Source: Octopus bimaculoides (lineage: Eukaryota). Taken from it: 64,000 nucleotides of DNA. The stretch is taken from contig NC_068992.1 in the NCBI RefSeq assembly GCF_001194135.2, positions 52,527,855 through 52,591,854 on the forward strand. Reading direction: 5' to 3'. This document shows, piece by piece, positions 25,131-39,339 of this stretch. The notes beneath the pieces were generated by a model. The model was given only the letters and a program-made list of their open reading frames with translations. It was not told the DNA's origin and did no database searches. Each line of letters starts with the position of its first letter. The stretch's first letter is position 1. Made by a program: the position numbers and the translations under genes.

Positions 25131-28100
25131 GAGAGAGAGAGAGCGAGAGAAAGAGAGAGATACATACACATATACATGCATATGCACACACACACTTATA
25201 TAGACACATGTATATTTACACACACACACATACTAATAGCCAAAGAGAACATTGTTATGCATGTAAATGTGACCTCCAGTACTCTGTGTAACTTCCTCAT
25301 CACTATTGTACTTTCCTCTCCGTTTCTCTTCAACTATTTAAGTGAGTTGAAATCTGCCAAATGAGAAATTGAACTTATGAACTCTATCATATGACTGTCT
25401 ATATATGCTTTTGTTAATAAATGTGTTCAATCTTAAAATATGGCAGGAGTATAATATACATGAAACCAGAATTATTTTCCAAACATCACAAGAGGTCATA
25501 AATTATACAAAATGTCTTCCATTCAAATCTGAATATTTACCATTCTAGGTTTCAACACAGTTTCGTTTGTTACTGATGTTGGATAAACCTTTTGCTATTG
25601 TTGGATAAAACTTTTAGTATCGTTGGATAAATATTTTTCCTCGTTTCGTTACGAAATAATAATACACATTATAATGACAGCTATGCTAGCTTAGATACGT
25701 TAAATCTATAAAATGACACTAAATCGATTCTGATCATTTCTTCTGTTAATCTTCACCTTTTTAGGTCATTGCTGACCAGCCATTTCTAAATATTTGCTTT
25801 GCAATCTCTATTCTGGCTACTATTCCACCTGCTCATAACAGCAAAGCAGAATCCCCTACAGGGCTGCCTGATCTGCTAAATAAAACAACCAAATTTTCCT
25901 CAATTTAACCCTAACTGTCTTTATCAGGGTTAATCAAGGGCTGAACAACAGTAACACTTTCTCACAAGTCTGTGAGAGAGCCTTGATAGGGTAAGTTAAC
26001 TTACTAGAAATAACAGTCAGATTTCACTCAGTTTATATGCCACTATCATAAAAAAGGAAGAGCAAATTGCACACAGTAGTTTTAGGTACATGTTTGATAA
26101 TTGGTGATCAATGAAGGGTATGTTTCCGTCTACCAAATCTACTCACAAGGCTTTGGTGGGCCCGAAGTTATTGTAGAAGACACTTGCCTAAGGTGCCATG
26201 CAGTGGGAATCAACCCAGAACCATGTGGTTGGTAAGCATCCTACTTGCCACACAGCCACTCCTGTGCCTTAGTAATATTTTCTTAACTAGGAACAAGATA
26301 AGCAATTTTAAGGGGAGGGGTTAGTTGAAACCATCAAACTTATTTGTCTGGTACTTTATTTTATCAACCCTGAAGGTACAAGAGCAAAGTTGTCTTTGGT
26401 GCTATTTGTAATCAAAATGTAAAGAGCTGGAATGCCTAGCACAAAGCAATTTGTCCAACACTCCAATGATTTTGTTCACCATGTTAATGTATGTATAAAT
26501 AATACATCACTTCTCATGATCCCTAGTGGCATTTTCCCCATTGTAAGTGGTCAACTTCATGTTATGTCACAGTCTGATTTGTAAATATAAATCTTTTATG
26601 GATGCTTCTTGGAATCAGGAATGCTAGGAATGAGTCACGTGCCTGAGAAGGAATATAAATCAAATCTTTGGCTCTGATTCTCAAGAATTTGCTCTTGTGA
26701 TATAAGCACATGCCAAAATAGTAAGTTAAACTAGGGTGCCTGTATGCTTTCACTTGATCAGTAAGATAGTAGCTAAATTGCCCTTAATCATATGCTACTA
26801 TCTTAAAAACAAAGCATATACTTTAACTGATGTAGTCATAGACATGATACACCTGAAAATAATAAATGTGGAAGCACATCAAGTGTCACCACTTGATATG
26901 CTGAACATAGCAGCTACATTTCCCTTATAGCACAAACTACTAACCCCAGGAAAGAAGAAGAATGCATTGAAATAATGCTGTCCAATGACTGGAATGAGTG
27001 AAAGAATAAAAAGAAAAAGTGCTATATTATGTTGTTTATTTTAGTTACTTATCTTAGATCAATCATCTTTGAGCAGCTCAGTGATAAAAGTCGTTCCAAT
27101 TATGACCATCCTGTTTATATATATATATTTTTTTTTTCGATACAGTTCTTCTAAGGCTATCTGGTTAAATGTGACAACACCTTTTCTAAGATAGTAGGTT
27201 GTAATATAAGGAATATATAACTGCTATTTCTAATAGGAATAACTTTGTACTGATTTCTTCAGTTGTCTGAATCACTGTGTAGTAATTAAAATATACGAAA
27301 ATTATTCTATTTACAAATCATTTGGATTAATCTTACCATTTCTGAAAACTTTGTATCCGGAATCGACTCATCAAATATTATTAATGAAATATTGAAATAT
27401 ATGGTTTTATGAAATTTCCCCTTATTACACTCCATTGACCTTATATTAATTAAGTTTTCCAACTGCAACAACCAACATTTATAAGTTTTCCCCTAAAGTC
27501 ATTTAAATATCTAAATTCTTCTAAACGAAGTTAAAGTTTGTGTTTATCCTCATTTGAAATAAAACTAATGTATCTCCAGACATATTTGAATTGATGGTAC
27601 ATGGAACAGTTTTTTTTTTTTATCTTTTACTCACTCCACCTTCATTGTTCACCTTAATTACCTTAATTACAAGATACAAACAATTGTTTTAAATTTAAAT
27701 TGATAATTATATCGGAATCAAAGAAATCAATGAAACACATGAAATACAAAGCAAGTACAAGAGAAATGAAATGCTTATGTTAATTAGCAATATTGTTTCT
27801 CTGGACAAAATGCAATCTTTTGTCAAACTCAGTCAGCAGCTAAATTCCAAACACAATATTCTTTAATCTCTTCATTTTGGTTTCTCTTCAGAAATGGATA
27901 TTCTTAGCTGTCTGCTGCCAACAATGAATTATAACAATATTGTGAATAGATTACCTGTAATTGAACTATTAGATTTAATACACACTGATTTTATTTCAAA
28001 ATTACATAAGAGTTTGATTCTTATGGAAAGCAAACACACCATTACCAGCTTCTGTTGCACAAATAACAGAGCATTTCAAAAACGAGTGGCAAAATTTGGA

Positions 28101-28810
28101 GATGGTTGGGACGTGCTTTGTTGTTCTTGTTTAACTCAGATCTACTGTGATGTAGTAGACCTATGACCAAAAGAGCGTCAGATGTAACCATCCTGTCTTT
28201 TATGTAGACACGATATATCAAAACTACTGTAGCTCAATTGTGTTTCACGTTGTTGTTTTGATAGAATGTTGTAATACAAGGGAGATTTGGTTTGCTATTT
28301 CTAGCAGATTGATTAACCACAAAGAGGCTTTGATGTATTTTTTGATTTAGGATGCAGTTTATTAACATCATCAGCTAGCATATTAATTATATGCCATGAT
28401 TAATTTCCTTGCATTACCTTCATTACATAATCCAGCAAGAGTCTTAGCTATTATGTTCATTGAACATTGATTCATTAATTCATTGAACATACAGCTATAA
28501 ATATTAACGATGCAGGTTAATAAAATATTTGGCAGCTCAAACTTTAGTATGATCATTGTCTACACTTGCCTCATTTCTAACTTGTGGAAAGCATAAGAAA
28601 AATTTATGGCAAACCAGCACACTAACTAACTGGTGACACACAAAATCCAGCTGAAAATAAAAATTACAACTCAAAAACTTGGAGATCTCAGACAATACAG
28701 TGCTACATTAAAATGTCTATGTTTAATATTTCTGTCATTTCAAATAGATTCCATCCTTATGCCATGGTTTGTGATAATCCATTAGTTTTTAACTCTTTAG
28801 CATTTAATCT

Positions 28811-29121
28811 GGCGCAGGAGTGGCTCTGTGGTAAGTAGCTTGCTTACCAACCACATGTACCCTTAACATAGATCTCAGAGATATTCAGCGTGACACAGTG
28901 TGACAAGGCTGACCCTTTGAATTACAGACACAACAGAAACAGAAAGAAAGAGTGAGAGAAAGTTGTGGTGAAAGAGTACAGCAGGGTTCCCCTGTCAGAG
29001 CCTCGTAGAGCTTTAGGTGTTTTCGCTCACTAAACACTCACAACACCCGGTCTGGGAATCGAAACCGCGATCTTATGACCGCGAGTCTGCTGCCCTAACC
29101 ACTGGGCCATTGCACCTCCAC
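28811..29121. mobile_element. Chimera: family A head (+, 28811-28857) fused to family B segment (-, 28852-29121)
   Basis: ...TTACCAACCACATG|TACCCTTAACATAG...; CACATG microhomology. Confidence 0.85.
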
Positions 29122-29385
29122 CCAAGAGTCTAGTACTCCATGATCAAACACAAAACCACATGGTTAAAAAACAAATTTCTTTAAAACACTATCATACCTG
29201 CACCTCTAAATATAACTCTCAGGAAAGTTTTCACTTCTAAAGACTTTGTTAATATTTTGAAAAATTACATAATCTTCTTAATAGCAACTCATCTCAACGT
29301 TATTTAGACATTTCCTTAGTATAGCAATGAGTTCCCTAAATTCTTTAGATGATTTACTAATATATATNNNNNNNNNNNNNNNNNN

Positions 29386-29424
<39 letters not shown>

Positions 29425-29727
29425 AGAACTCTACAGAAGAGATATATAGTATTCAGTAACTGTTTATCATTTTGTTTAAGAAGCAACAAAACAGGAGACA
29501 AGACGATGATGGAAAGGAATATAGAGTGTTGTTACAAAATAAGTTATAGATAAACCCATTGTGTATCAGTCTTAAGACACATTATCATAGTTAAAACTTA
29601 TAATGAGTAAACTATGGTAAATCAATTGGTAAATCATTGGATATAAGAAATATCATTGCAGCTAAAACCATGATTCGTTCATCTTTAAGACTTGTATTGT
29701 AAACCAGGTAATATTTCCATAGTTTTA

Positions 29728-29935
29728 AAGGCAGCAAGCTGGTAGGATCGTTAGCAAGCTGGACAAAAGGCTTAGTGGTATTTTATCTGTCTTTTTGCTT
29801 TGAGTCCAGCTGAGGTTGACTTTTCCTTTCACCCTTTCAGGATCGATAAAATAAGTACCAGTTGAGTATCAGGGGTTGATGTAATTGACTTACTCCGCCT
29901 TTGAAATTTCCGGCCTTGTGCCAAAACTTCAAAAC
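29728..29935 (+). mobile_element. Family D SINE
   Basis: AAGGCAGCAAGCTGGTAGGATCGTTAGC...GACTTTTCCTTTCACCCTTTCAGGATCGATAAAATAAGTACCAG; related pieces at about 19.3-19.8, 26.3, 31.4, 32.0 and 35.8 kb. Confidence 0.7.
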
Positions 29936-30030
29936 AATCTTTCTGTAGTCTTGCATTGATTCTGTTAGAGGAGATAACGAAACAATAATGATGGTAGGTT
30001 CTCTTTGATATCCAGTTTAATCATTATTTT

Positions 30031-30420
30031 GTTGTTGGCACTCCGTCGGTTACGACGTCGAGGGTTCCAGTTGATCCAATCAACGGAACAGCCTGCTCGT
30101 GAAATTAAGGTGCAAGTGGCTGAGCACTCCACAGACACTTGTGAGTGGATTTAGTAAATGGAAACTGAAAGAAGCCCATCGTATATATATATATTTCTAT
30201 GTATATATTAGTGTCTTTGTATGTGTCTCCTCCATTGCTTGACAACCAATGTTGGTGTGTTTATATTCCCATAACTTAGCGGTTCAGCAAAAAAAATGAT
30301 AGAATAAGTGCTAATCTTACAAAGAATAAGTCCTGGAGTCAATTTGTTCGACAACAGGCAGTGCTCCAGCATGGTCACAGTCAAAAGACTGAAACAAGTA
30401 AAATGATAAAGGAATAAAAG
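30031..30420. mobile_element. Chimera: family B tail (-, 30031-30138) fused to family A 3' part (+, 30139-30420)
   Basis: ...GCACTCCACAGACAC|TTGTGAGTGGATTT... Confidence 0.85.
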
Positions 30421-30433
30421 AATGCACACTGAT

Positions 30434-30475
<42 letters not shown>

Positions 30476-31482
30476 TTACATAGAGAAAATTATATATGAA
30501 ATTACAAAGCCTTTTGTACAGGGGACAACATAGGACCTCTTTTCTACCTAGTACACTCTGTGAAGTAATTCATATTAGGCAAAGCAGTTAACTATAGAAA
30601 TTAACTTAAAATTGAAACACACAAACAAGATGTAATCTTCCAACCAGTTCACATGAGCAGTACCCTAAATATGTGCTGGTTCCAGACTGCGGCAACCCAT
30701 CAAATCAGTGTCAGCATAGAATGTTGGCATAAAATGCTATAGATGTGTATTGATGATTATGTGACAATATGTAAATATGTAACCAAAACTTCTCTTTTAT
30801 CATCCTCTCTAATACCTAAATACAAACTTTAGAATTTTCTAATGTTCTTCTAATATTAGAGTTATTTCAACTATCTGTGAATTGACTCATAATTTATAGC
30901 AACATAATATATTTTTCTGCCATTAAAATAAGAATATTCTGCTAATGTATACCAAAATGAAATATGTTAAATAATGGGTATGAAAAACAAAGGAAAAAGA
31001 AAAAGTAATTCAAAAGATTTGAATTGTATTTTTTTTTTTTAATATAATTTTACGTTGTTCCTATGTATGTTTTAGATTTTTCAGAAATCTACTAATATAT
31101 ACATTTCAATAAATAATACAACATACATATTTTAGATTCTGAAAATAGACTTCTTATAACCAAACACTTTTACTATCAAACATATCAGGATTTAATAAAC
31201 ATTAACATTTCCTTCTCTTAGAAACCACATTCTTTGTTTATTGAACGGCTACATAATGACTTTAGTAGTGCTGGAGGGCATGAAAAAAATATCATGCAGC
31301 ACACATTATAACGTGGTTGGCATTAAGAAGGTCATTTAGTTGTTGAAGCCATGCCAGAGCAGACATTGGAGTATAATGCAGTCAATGGGCCTCATTATTT
31401 TTCTACTCTAGGTACAAGGGTCGAAATTTTGGGGGAGGGGGCTTGTCTATTACATCAACCTCAGTATGTAACTGGTACTTAA

Positions 31483-31546
31483 TAAAGCCTTGTGAGTGGA
31501 TTTGGTAGACGGAAACTGAAAGAAACCCGTCGTATGTATATGTGTG

Positions 31547-31604
<58 letters not shown>

Positions 31605-31808
31605 TGTGTCTGTGCTTGTCCCCCCACCATCGCTTGACAACCGCTGGTGGTGTGTTTATGTCCCCATAACTTAGCGGTTCAGCAGAAGAGACTGATAGAA
31701 TAAGTACTAGGCTTACAAAGAATAAGTCCTGGGGTTGATTTGCTCGACTGGGGGTGGTGCTCCAGCATGGCCACAGTCAAATGACTGAAACAACTAAAAG
31801 AGTAAAAG

Positions 31809-31812
<4 letters not shown>
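31483..31812 (+). mobile_element. Family A SINE, 3' two-thirds
   Basis: AAAGCCTTGTGAGTGG...AAATGACTGAAACAACTAAAAGAGTAAAAGAG. Confidence 0.85.
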
Positions 31813-31847
<35 letters not shown>

Positions 31848-32799
31848 TATGTAGCATCCAACAGTTTTGCAGATTATGAGGAGTGCCTTTACAAGAGATT
31901 TTGACTAACTTATGAAAAGACTGTGAGAATTGAAATGCAAAGTAGATCATAGCAAGGTTTGAACTCAGTACCTCAATATCTGGAACGAATACATCGAAAG
32001 TGTTTATCTAATGACCAAATAATTCAAATTCCACAGAGATGAGGTTTGCCTTTCATCCTTTTGGGGGTTGATGAAAATAAGTACCCAGAAAGCACTGGGG
32101 CTGATGTAATGAACTATCTCCCTCCCATAAATTTTCAAGCCTTGTGCTAGAAAAAATTATAATTCTTTTATTTCTTTTTGCTTTGAAATATCAATTTCTC
32201 ACATTAGCAAAAGGCCACTTAGTTCTGGGGAGAGATATGGTCAGTTAAATCAACCTCAGTACTTGGGTTTATCAACCACCGGAAAGATTTATGACAAAGT
32301 AGCTCTGGGCATTTATTTGAACTTAGAATGTAAAGAGCCGTAACTAAATACCTCTCTGTACAACAATTAAATGTAAACAATATCTCTTTGTCCATAATTT
32401 ATTGTTGAAGTCTTTATATCCATTCATCATCTGTTCAACAACTAGTTGTCTTTAGTAGCAACATCAACACTATTTTTGATCAGTTAGATGTCAAATCTCA
32501 TTGAAATCTTTTCAAAATTCTTTGAGGAATGATGTTTTCTGCATAATTTTTAATAATGAAGAATTTGATTTAAGATGCTGAAGGTAATAAAATATCTGCT
32601 GTTTTAAATTTACTTTGGATTCTAAAACATGTTCTTTCTCAATGCTCTCCCATGTCTGAGCATTAGCTATTTTAATATTATTTCTATGAATATAATTATA
32701 TGTATGTGAGGACCAAAGCATAACTAAGCAGATATTCAAAATGCATATTTATATATATATATAAACATACAGACATACACATGTACATACATCATCCTC

Positions 32800-33200
32800 T
32801 TCGTCATCATCATCGTTTAACGTCCGTTTTCCATGCTAGCATGGGTTGGACGGTTCAACCGGGGTCTGGGAAGCCAGGAGGCTGCACCAGGCTCTAGTCT
32901 GATCTGGCAGTGTTTCTACCGCTGGATGCCCTTCCTAACGCCAACCACTCCGTGAGTGTAGTGGGTACTTTTTACGTGCCACCGGCACAGGGCCCAGAGG
33001 AGGCTGGCAACGGCCATGATCAGTTGGTGCTTCTTACGTGACACCAGCAATCAAGCCAGTCAAAGTGGTGCTGGCATCGGCCACATTCGGATGATGCTTT
33101 TTACCTGCCACTGGCATGGGTATCAAAATTACAATTTCCATTTGATTTTCATTTTGATGTTGATGTACTTGACTTAATAGGTCTCCTCAGCACAGCAGGT
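32800..33200 (-). mobile_element. Family C retroposon, longer copy
   Basis: CATCATCGTTTAACGTCCG...GATGCCCTTCCTAACGCCAACCACTCC... Confidence 0.8.
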
Positions 33201-33433
33201 CACCATACGATCCAAGGTACTTTTGAATGGGCTGGGGCTGGTTATGCGAAACTGGTGTAGGATACAGCAGTGAACTCATTTTATTTGCCGAGTACATATA
33301 CACACATACACACACATATACATATATAACAAACACACATGCACGCACACACATGCACATACACATATACATATATATATTGACAAGATTGATTTGCAAT
33401 TGACAATCCAGGGATATATCTATCTATCTATCA

Positions 33434-33492
<59 letters not shown>

Positions 33493-33868
33493 GACTCTGG
33501 TGTGTGTGCATGTGTGGTTGAGCAACTGATCATATCTGAGAAGGGTTTATAAAGAAGTCGTTGTTCTTACATGCGTGTTTCTGTGTAATAAGCCTTGTGT
33601 GTTGGCTATATATGGTGTGTGAGTGCATATGTATATCATGTGAGTGTGTACTTCACTAAATCTACATCTGTCTATATGTGTTTAACACCTGAAGATCTTC
33701 CAAATTAGAAAGTTTCTAAAAGTTGAATGACCAGTCTCATTAATCAGAGAATATGACAGCCTATAATAGGCATTTATTCATTCCTCTCCCTGCTTCTTTT
33801 AGTACTACTACTAATACCAATAGTTTAGAATCACTGTTTCTTTCTCTGGTGATGATCTTTCTATACAA

Positions 33869-33869
<1 letters not shown>

Positions 33870-33960
<91 letters not shown>
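33870..33960. repeat. (CT)n microsatellite
   Basis: Direct reading; source of the poly-RE and poly-SL ORFs. Confidence 0.95.
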
Positions 33961-33964
<4 letters not shown>

Positions 33965-35554
33965 TTTCTTTATTTACAATTGTTAATAATAAAAGCTGTT
34001 TTGAAAATTCTCTCTTGATAATGAGAAATAATTACTTACAATTTCATGAATACTTATATATGTGTGTGTGTATATACTTACTCTTCTACTCTTTTACTTG
34101 TTTCAGTCATTTGACTGCGATCATGCTGGAGCACCACCTTTAGTCGAGCAAATCGACCCCAGGACTTATTCTTTGGAAGCCTAGTACTTATTCTATCGGT
34201 CTCTGTGGAACACAGTGATTCTACTTAGCTTGAAGTGTCTTAGCAAGAACAGAAAATCACCACCTTCCCCTGGTTCCTTACCATTTCCTAATTGAGGCCC
34301 AACATCCAAAGATCCTTTCTCACCACTTTGTCCCACATCATCCTGGATCTACTCCTTCCACAGATGGAGTTAGAAAGAGCAATCAGCTATAAAACTCATG
34401 CCAAAACTGCCAAAACTCAGACGTTAAAGGAAGACATGGCTCTCAGAGTCATTGGAACTTGCAGAACCATTCAACCATACCAGCATAGGAAATGATGAGG
34501 AATATGGTGACAATCATGAATGATGCTGATGATGACGATGAAGGTGATATATGGTTATGTGTATGTATGTATGTATCATAACAGCAATGAAACAATGATT
34601 GTACACTATTTCTTCTTACTATGTATATAGATATGTACAAACGTGTGTGTCTGCGTGTGTGTATGTAACTCTAAGATAGATAGGTATTGGAGAGAGGTGT
34701 TATTTGAAGGATGCAGCAGCTTATCAGAAATATTATGACTGGCAGACACATTTAAAGAAATGCTGACATAGCATTAAAAAAAAAAATATATTTACTTACA
34801 AAATGAGGAATGCATTGACAAAATTGGTTATCAACAGAAGATAAACAAAACAGTCGGAATAGCAATGACTAAAATAAGACTAGAGAAACAAAATTAGATA
34901 TTGGGGAAGATTAAAGATTATTTCGGCTCAAGAAATTCTTGTCAGAAGAAAGGTAAAAAAGAATAATAATTATTATAAAATAAAAATGGTGAAAATACCA
35001 TTTACTTTCCTCTTGGTAGAAAATAAAAGGTTTTGAAGTAATGAATAGATATTTTTATATTCTATAATATGCAATACGAACAACTGTATACTAGCTTATT
35101 ATTACAATATCTTAGTACTTAGAATGGTTTCTACGTCAACAACTATTTTTTGTTCTAATAAAGGAGTCTCTGTGTGGTTACTCAGCTATTTGAAAATAGT
35201 AGCCAAATCTCACTCATGTCATAGTAATCTGGTTCTTAAAAAGCAAAGAAAAGGTGATAGAATTCTGGATAATGATGTCTTAAATATTCTTTTATTCGTT
35301 TATTCTGTCATTGGATTTAGTCATTCAATTGTGGCCATGCTGGAACATTGCATTCAAGAGTTAGTAGCTTTGTGGAACTTCATCTTTTATTTTTTTTACT
35401 TTTTTCAATCATTTAACAGCGGCCATGCTGAGGTACCACCATGAAGGGTTTTTAGTGGAACAAATTGACCAGGTGTACTTATTCTATAGGTTTAAGTTAT
35501 GAGGATGCCAACACTGGTTGTCAAGTGGTGATGGGAGACAAACACAGACACAAA

Positions 35555-35593
<39 letters not shown>

Positions 35594-35929
35594 ACGCACA
35601 CACACACAGATATATACATACATACGTATATATTTTCAACAAGTTTAACTTTACATCACTCTATTTGTAACAACATCTCTAAATCTATCAATATTATATC
35701 CTGATAATAGGAGCTTTCATGATGTCTATTATATTTAAATAAAAATAGTATCCTTTCATTCTCTAACATTATTCCCCCACTATGCTAGATTAAAAACTGA
35801 AAAGATAGAAGGTAAAGTGACCCTTGGTGGAGTTTGAACTCAGAATGTAGACAGAAGAAATGCCACTGGGCATTCTGTCCAGTGTGCTAACAATTCTGCC
35901 AGGTAGCTGCATTTGTGCTGAAAATATTG

Positions 35930-36135
35930 AAGATGATGACAATGATGGTGATGATGATGCTGACGACAATGATACTAACAATCACTAGGACAACCACACT
36001 GAGGATAATGACAATGATGACAAGCATGATGACAAGAATGATGTCGGGGACAATGATGACAATAGTGATTATGATGTTGATGATGATAATTGTGATAACG
36101 ATGACATTAGTGTCACCAATGATGTTGATGACAAC

Positions 36136-36184
<49 letters not shown>

Positions 36185-36212
36185 CTTATGGTGATGGTGA
36201 TGATGGTGATAA
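35930..36212. repeat. Degenerate (GAT)n tract
   Basis: Direct reading. Confidence 0.9.
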
Positions 36213-37427
36213 TTTAATAACAAAGCAGACAGCTATTGCAAAATCATTGTTTAGGTATGTAAATTATATGTATTTTCATGACTTTCTTAGTTGTGTAATC
36301 GTTGGGATATCAAACCAAGTTACCAACCCACATAGCTACATCGTAGATATTTAGTACAATTAATACAGTTATTAATATAAAACATTAATATATTTCATTA
36401 ATCTATGTTTTTTTGTTATTTTAGCCTTTCTGTGTTTTTTGTTTTTGTATTTTTTTTTCAATAATTTAAAATTTAATAATCGTAAAAGTTATTATATGAC
36501 TCCGTGTTGTAATATCTTGAAAAGAGAAAATACAAATATAGTTGGTTGGTGTATTTTGATAAATCATCACAATGTAAACAAATTTTATTAAATATCATTT
36601 ATAATAGTGGAAGATAAATGAAATAGATTGAATATTATGAATAAACATAGACTTAGACGCACACAAGCACACATAAACACACGCACACATAAACACACAC
36701 ACACATACACATAAACACAGCATCTCAGGAATTTGGTATATTTTCATTTTTATATATAAATATTGCATGGATATCAATTATAATTTATGAATCTGCTTAT
36801 AATTTCAAATTATATTTTTACGAATTATCTATTTATTCTTAATTTTGCAATACATAAATCTTTGTAACTATTAAATTCAAAATATAAATAATGAAATATA
36901 TTTATGTTATATACAGATAGAGAAATTTCCATGCCACAGCAATTCATTTGCAATTAGATGTATTTGAAGAACAATCTAACCCATATTAGTTGTGAATTTA
37001 TAGAGAATATTCATGAAAGTAAAAATTTTTAAATGATGGAATTCATGAATATAATATGATATTCTACATGAAGAGAGTTAAAGTTGATCAGCTACGGGAT
37101 GCCCAATGTGAGAATGGTTGTTTGCATGCTCAAATCACATTAAGAATATTGTAAGATCATAACTAAAATATTTAGATATCGGTTTTACACTCCACCTATG
37201 TGATAAAACGTGCTGCAGGGTATGATATTTCACAGCTGAAGCAGCAGCAAAAGCACTAACCTATTTATCCTTCTATCTGTCCGTCCGTCCATCCATCCAT
37301 CTATCCATCCATCCGTCTGTCAGTCCACAAGTCTGTCCATCCATCTGTCCATCTGTCTCTATCTGTTTGTCTGCCTTTTTATCTCTCTCTCTATATATAT
37401 AAATGTATATATATATATATATATATA

Positions 37428-37697
37428 GGCACAGGAGTGGCTGTGTGGTAATTAGCTTGCTTACCAACCACATTGTTCCAGGTTCAGTCCCACTGCGTAG
37501 CACCTTAGGCAAGTGTCTTCTACTATATCCTCGGGCTGACCAAAGCCTTGTGAGTGGATCTGGTAGACGGAAATTGAAAGAAGCCCATCGTATATATGTA
37601 TATGTATATATATATGTGTGTTTGTGTGTCTGTGTTTGTACCTCCAACATCGCTTGACAACCAATGCTGGTGTGTTTACGTCCCCATAACTTAGCGG
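37428..37697 (+). mobile_element. Family A SINE, 3'-truncated
   Basis: GGCACAGGAGTGGCTGTGTGG...CCCCATAACTTAGCGG. Confidence 0.85.
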
Positions 37698-37824
37698 CAT
37701 TTAGAAAAGGAACTTAACTTTGATATTTTCAAAGCATGGCATGATAAAAGAACATGTATTGAAATAGTAATTTTAATTTTACGTTGTGATAGGCAAAACA
37801 AATAAAAAATGAATGCGCCTTTTT

Positions 37825-38044
37825 AAAGTCTAGCCAGGTTCATGGGCCCGGTTTCCTGGTTTCAATGGCGTATGTGTTCCCCAGTCCATTGCAGTGTTAC
37901 TCATTTTTGCCAGTTGAGTGGACTGGAGCAACGTGAAATGAAGTGTTTTGCTCAAGAACACAAAGCGTTGTCCGGTTCAGGAATCGAAACTACAATCTTA
38001 CGATCATGATGCTGACACCCTAACCACTAAGCCACGTGCCTCCA
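37825..38044 (-). mobile_element. Family E tRNA-head SINE
   Basis: Minus strand GGCACGTGGCTTAGTGG (A-box-like) ... GTTTCGATTCC (B-box-like). Confidence 0.75.
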
Positions 38045-39061
38045 CGTGATAGGCAAAAGCAGAAGCAAAAATATATTTATAAAACCATGAAACTCTAGTA
38101 GTTCTTTTAAGAATTTATTGCTTTATTGTTTTAACCTTTTTTAGTGTGGAAATCAAATATATACATCCAAAATTTCATTACTCACAACTTCTTGTTGAAA
38201 TTATATTTTATTGATGTGTGTCAAGTTTGTCGAGGCAATGTGACTTTCAGAAAATACCAATTCTATTTTTTGGTACATATTTAACATCATTACAAGAATA
38301 ACCATGAAACTTAATTTTGCAGTTGAAGGGTTAATGATATTATGTCAGCTCAGTTCAAAATAATCTGCTACCAGTTATCATTTATTATTTAAACTTGATA
38401 AACCCTTACTCTGGTTGTCTAGGGAGATCTGGATGCAAGAAGTCTTTCACAGATTCCAGAATCATCCAGGGTAGCTTAAATTAGTCCTGACTAATTATTC
38501 TTTCAACACATTGCCACAAATTACAGACAACACCTATTTCAGCAGTAAAAACTCAAGTTGTGTATTACTTATGTATATGCATATCCATTCATGTGCCCAG
38601 CATCACCTTCCTGGCACTTGTGCCGGATGGCAAGTGAAAAGTCATTCGATCGAGAGTGTTGCCAGTGCTGCTGGACTGGCTCCTGTGCAGGTGGCATGTA
38701 AAATACACCATTTTGAGCATGGCCGTTGCCAGTACCGCCTGACTGGCCTTCGTGCCGGTGGTATGTAAAGCGGACGTTAAACAACGATAATGATGATGAT
38801 GATTCACCATTTTCTCTATTTTGAATTCTTCAAAGACATAGAGACCATGAGTATGCTATGCCATCCATTATAAGGCTATTCTATATTTAATGCTCGATCT
38901 TTAAACTTTACATTAATTAACAGCCAAGTGCATGATACTTGAATAAGGTCAGTTGTTATTATTGTTCTTGTTGTTTTAGTTGCCATCATTATTTTTCGTT
39001 TTTAAAAATAATACATTTCTAAATCTCTCAGAGAGATTTATGCAGTAGTGATACGATGAGG

Positions 39062-39339
39062 TAGATGTATGCTGTCAACTTAATGTGACAGTCCCCTGAA
39101 ATGAATTAATACAACTGTTAGTTAGACTTAGGAAGCTGCACCGCTTCCTGTTGGCCTTGACACATTTCCTGTGTCCTTATGTTTACAAGGGGGAGACAAG
39201 CATCTCCACCCAGTTAAGCCTGCATCCAGAGACTAGTTTCTGAGTCTTTGCTCAGAAGCAGTGCAACTTCCTAGGTCTAACCAACAGTAGTATTATTCCC
39301 TTCAGGGGACTGTCACATTAAGTTGATAGCATACAACTA
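39062..39339. mobile_element. MITE with about 85-bp TIRs and TA termini
   Basis: TAGATGTATGCTGTCAACTTAATGTGACAGTCCCCTGAA... / ...TTCAGGGGACTGTCACATTAAGTTGATAGCATACAACTA. Confidence 0.85.
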
